This document shows, piece after piece, positions 63,901 to 64,000 of a stretch of DNA of 64,000 bases (positions are counted from its first letter, which is position 1; each line of letters starts with the position of its first letter). A program made the translations under genes and the position numbers. The notes beneath the pieces were generated by a model. The model ran no database searches. It saw only the letters and a program-made list of their open reading frames with translations, and was not told where the DNA came from. This DNA is from Balanoglossus misakiensis (Eukaryota; Animalia; Hemichordata), in NCBI GenBank assembly GCA_040954595.2, contig CM082590.2, positions 9,574,088 through 9,638,087 on the forward strand, in the 5' to 3' direction.

Positions 63901-64000
63901 CATCATTTCGCTGATCAGTTGAAACACGATTCGTACCTGATATGAGTCGCCAACCTCACTGCTTATATCAACTTCAGCCAGATGCCACCTGCGTTGGTTA
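60921..64000 (-). CDS. Mosaic extracellular protein, 5'-partial: MAM, TGF-beta type I receptor-like ectodomain, 3 WAP, Cys-rich module, TARSH/FNDC1-type C-terminal domain
   Basis: Exons >64000-63937 and 63651-63522 (NQRRWHLAEVDI...QVVFE...GIDDVTFREGSC, MAM end), 63286-62984 (LTCYCTDC...TCVTDGSCF...CCNTGDLCN), 62867-62718, 62497-62342, 62187-62035 (KxGxCP...C..D.DC....KCC..GC...C, WAP), 61872-61663, 61497-61210 (YVGVILCSPTRYKIFLSD...GHGQDHCEF), 61042-60921 (GYYRS...WIECGLTIP*). All in frame. Confidence 0.88.

Overview
AT-rich, intron-containing eukaryotic (metazoan) DNA; gene content and repeat style suggest a marine invertebrate deuterostome such as a hemichordate or echinoderm (inference only). 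I reconstructed exon chains by hand from GT-AG sites and phase continuity. The window holds, in order: an activin type II receptor (minus), a C/EBP/PAR-like bZIP factor (plus) with an overlapping uORF, xylulose kinase (minus), a cluster of four two-exon C2H2 zinc-finger genes sharing an unnamed N-terminal domain that resembles the MADS/SRF dimerisation region, a single-coding-exon class A GPCR (plus), a stomatin gene (minus) with two pairs of duplicated mutually exclusive exons, and the 3' part of a mosaic extracellular protein (MAM + TGF-beta type I receptor-like ectodomain + 3 WAP + Cys-rich + TARSH/FNDC1 C-terminal domain). A ~90 bp TTAA-flanked MITE occurs about ten times. No rRNA, tRNA or CRISPR array was recognised. 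All family calls rest on recalled motifs; no database search was run.
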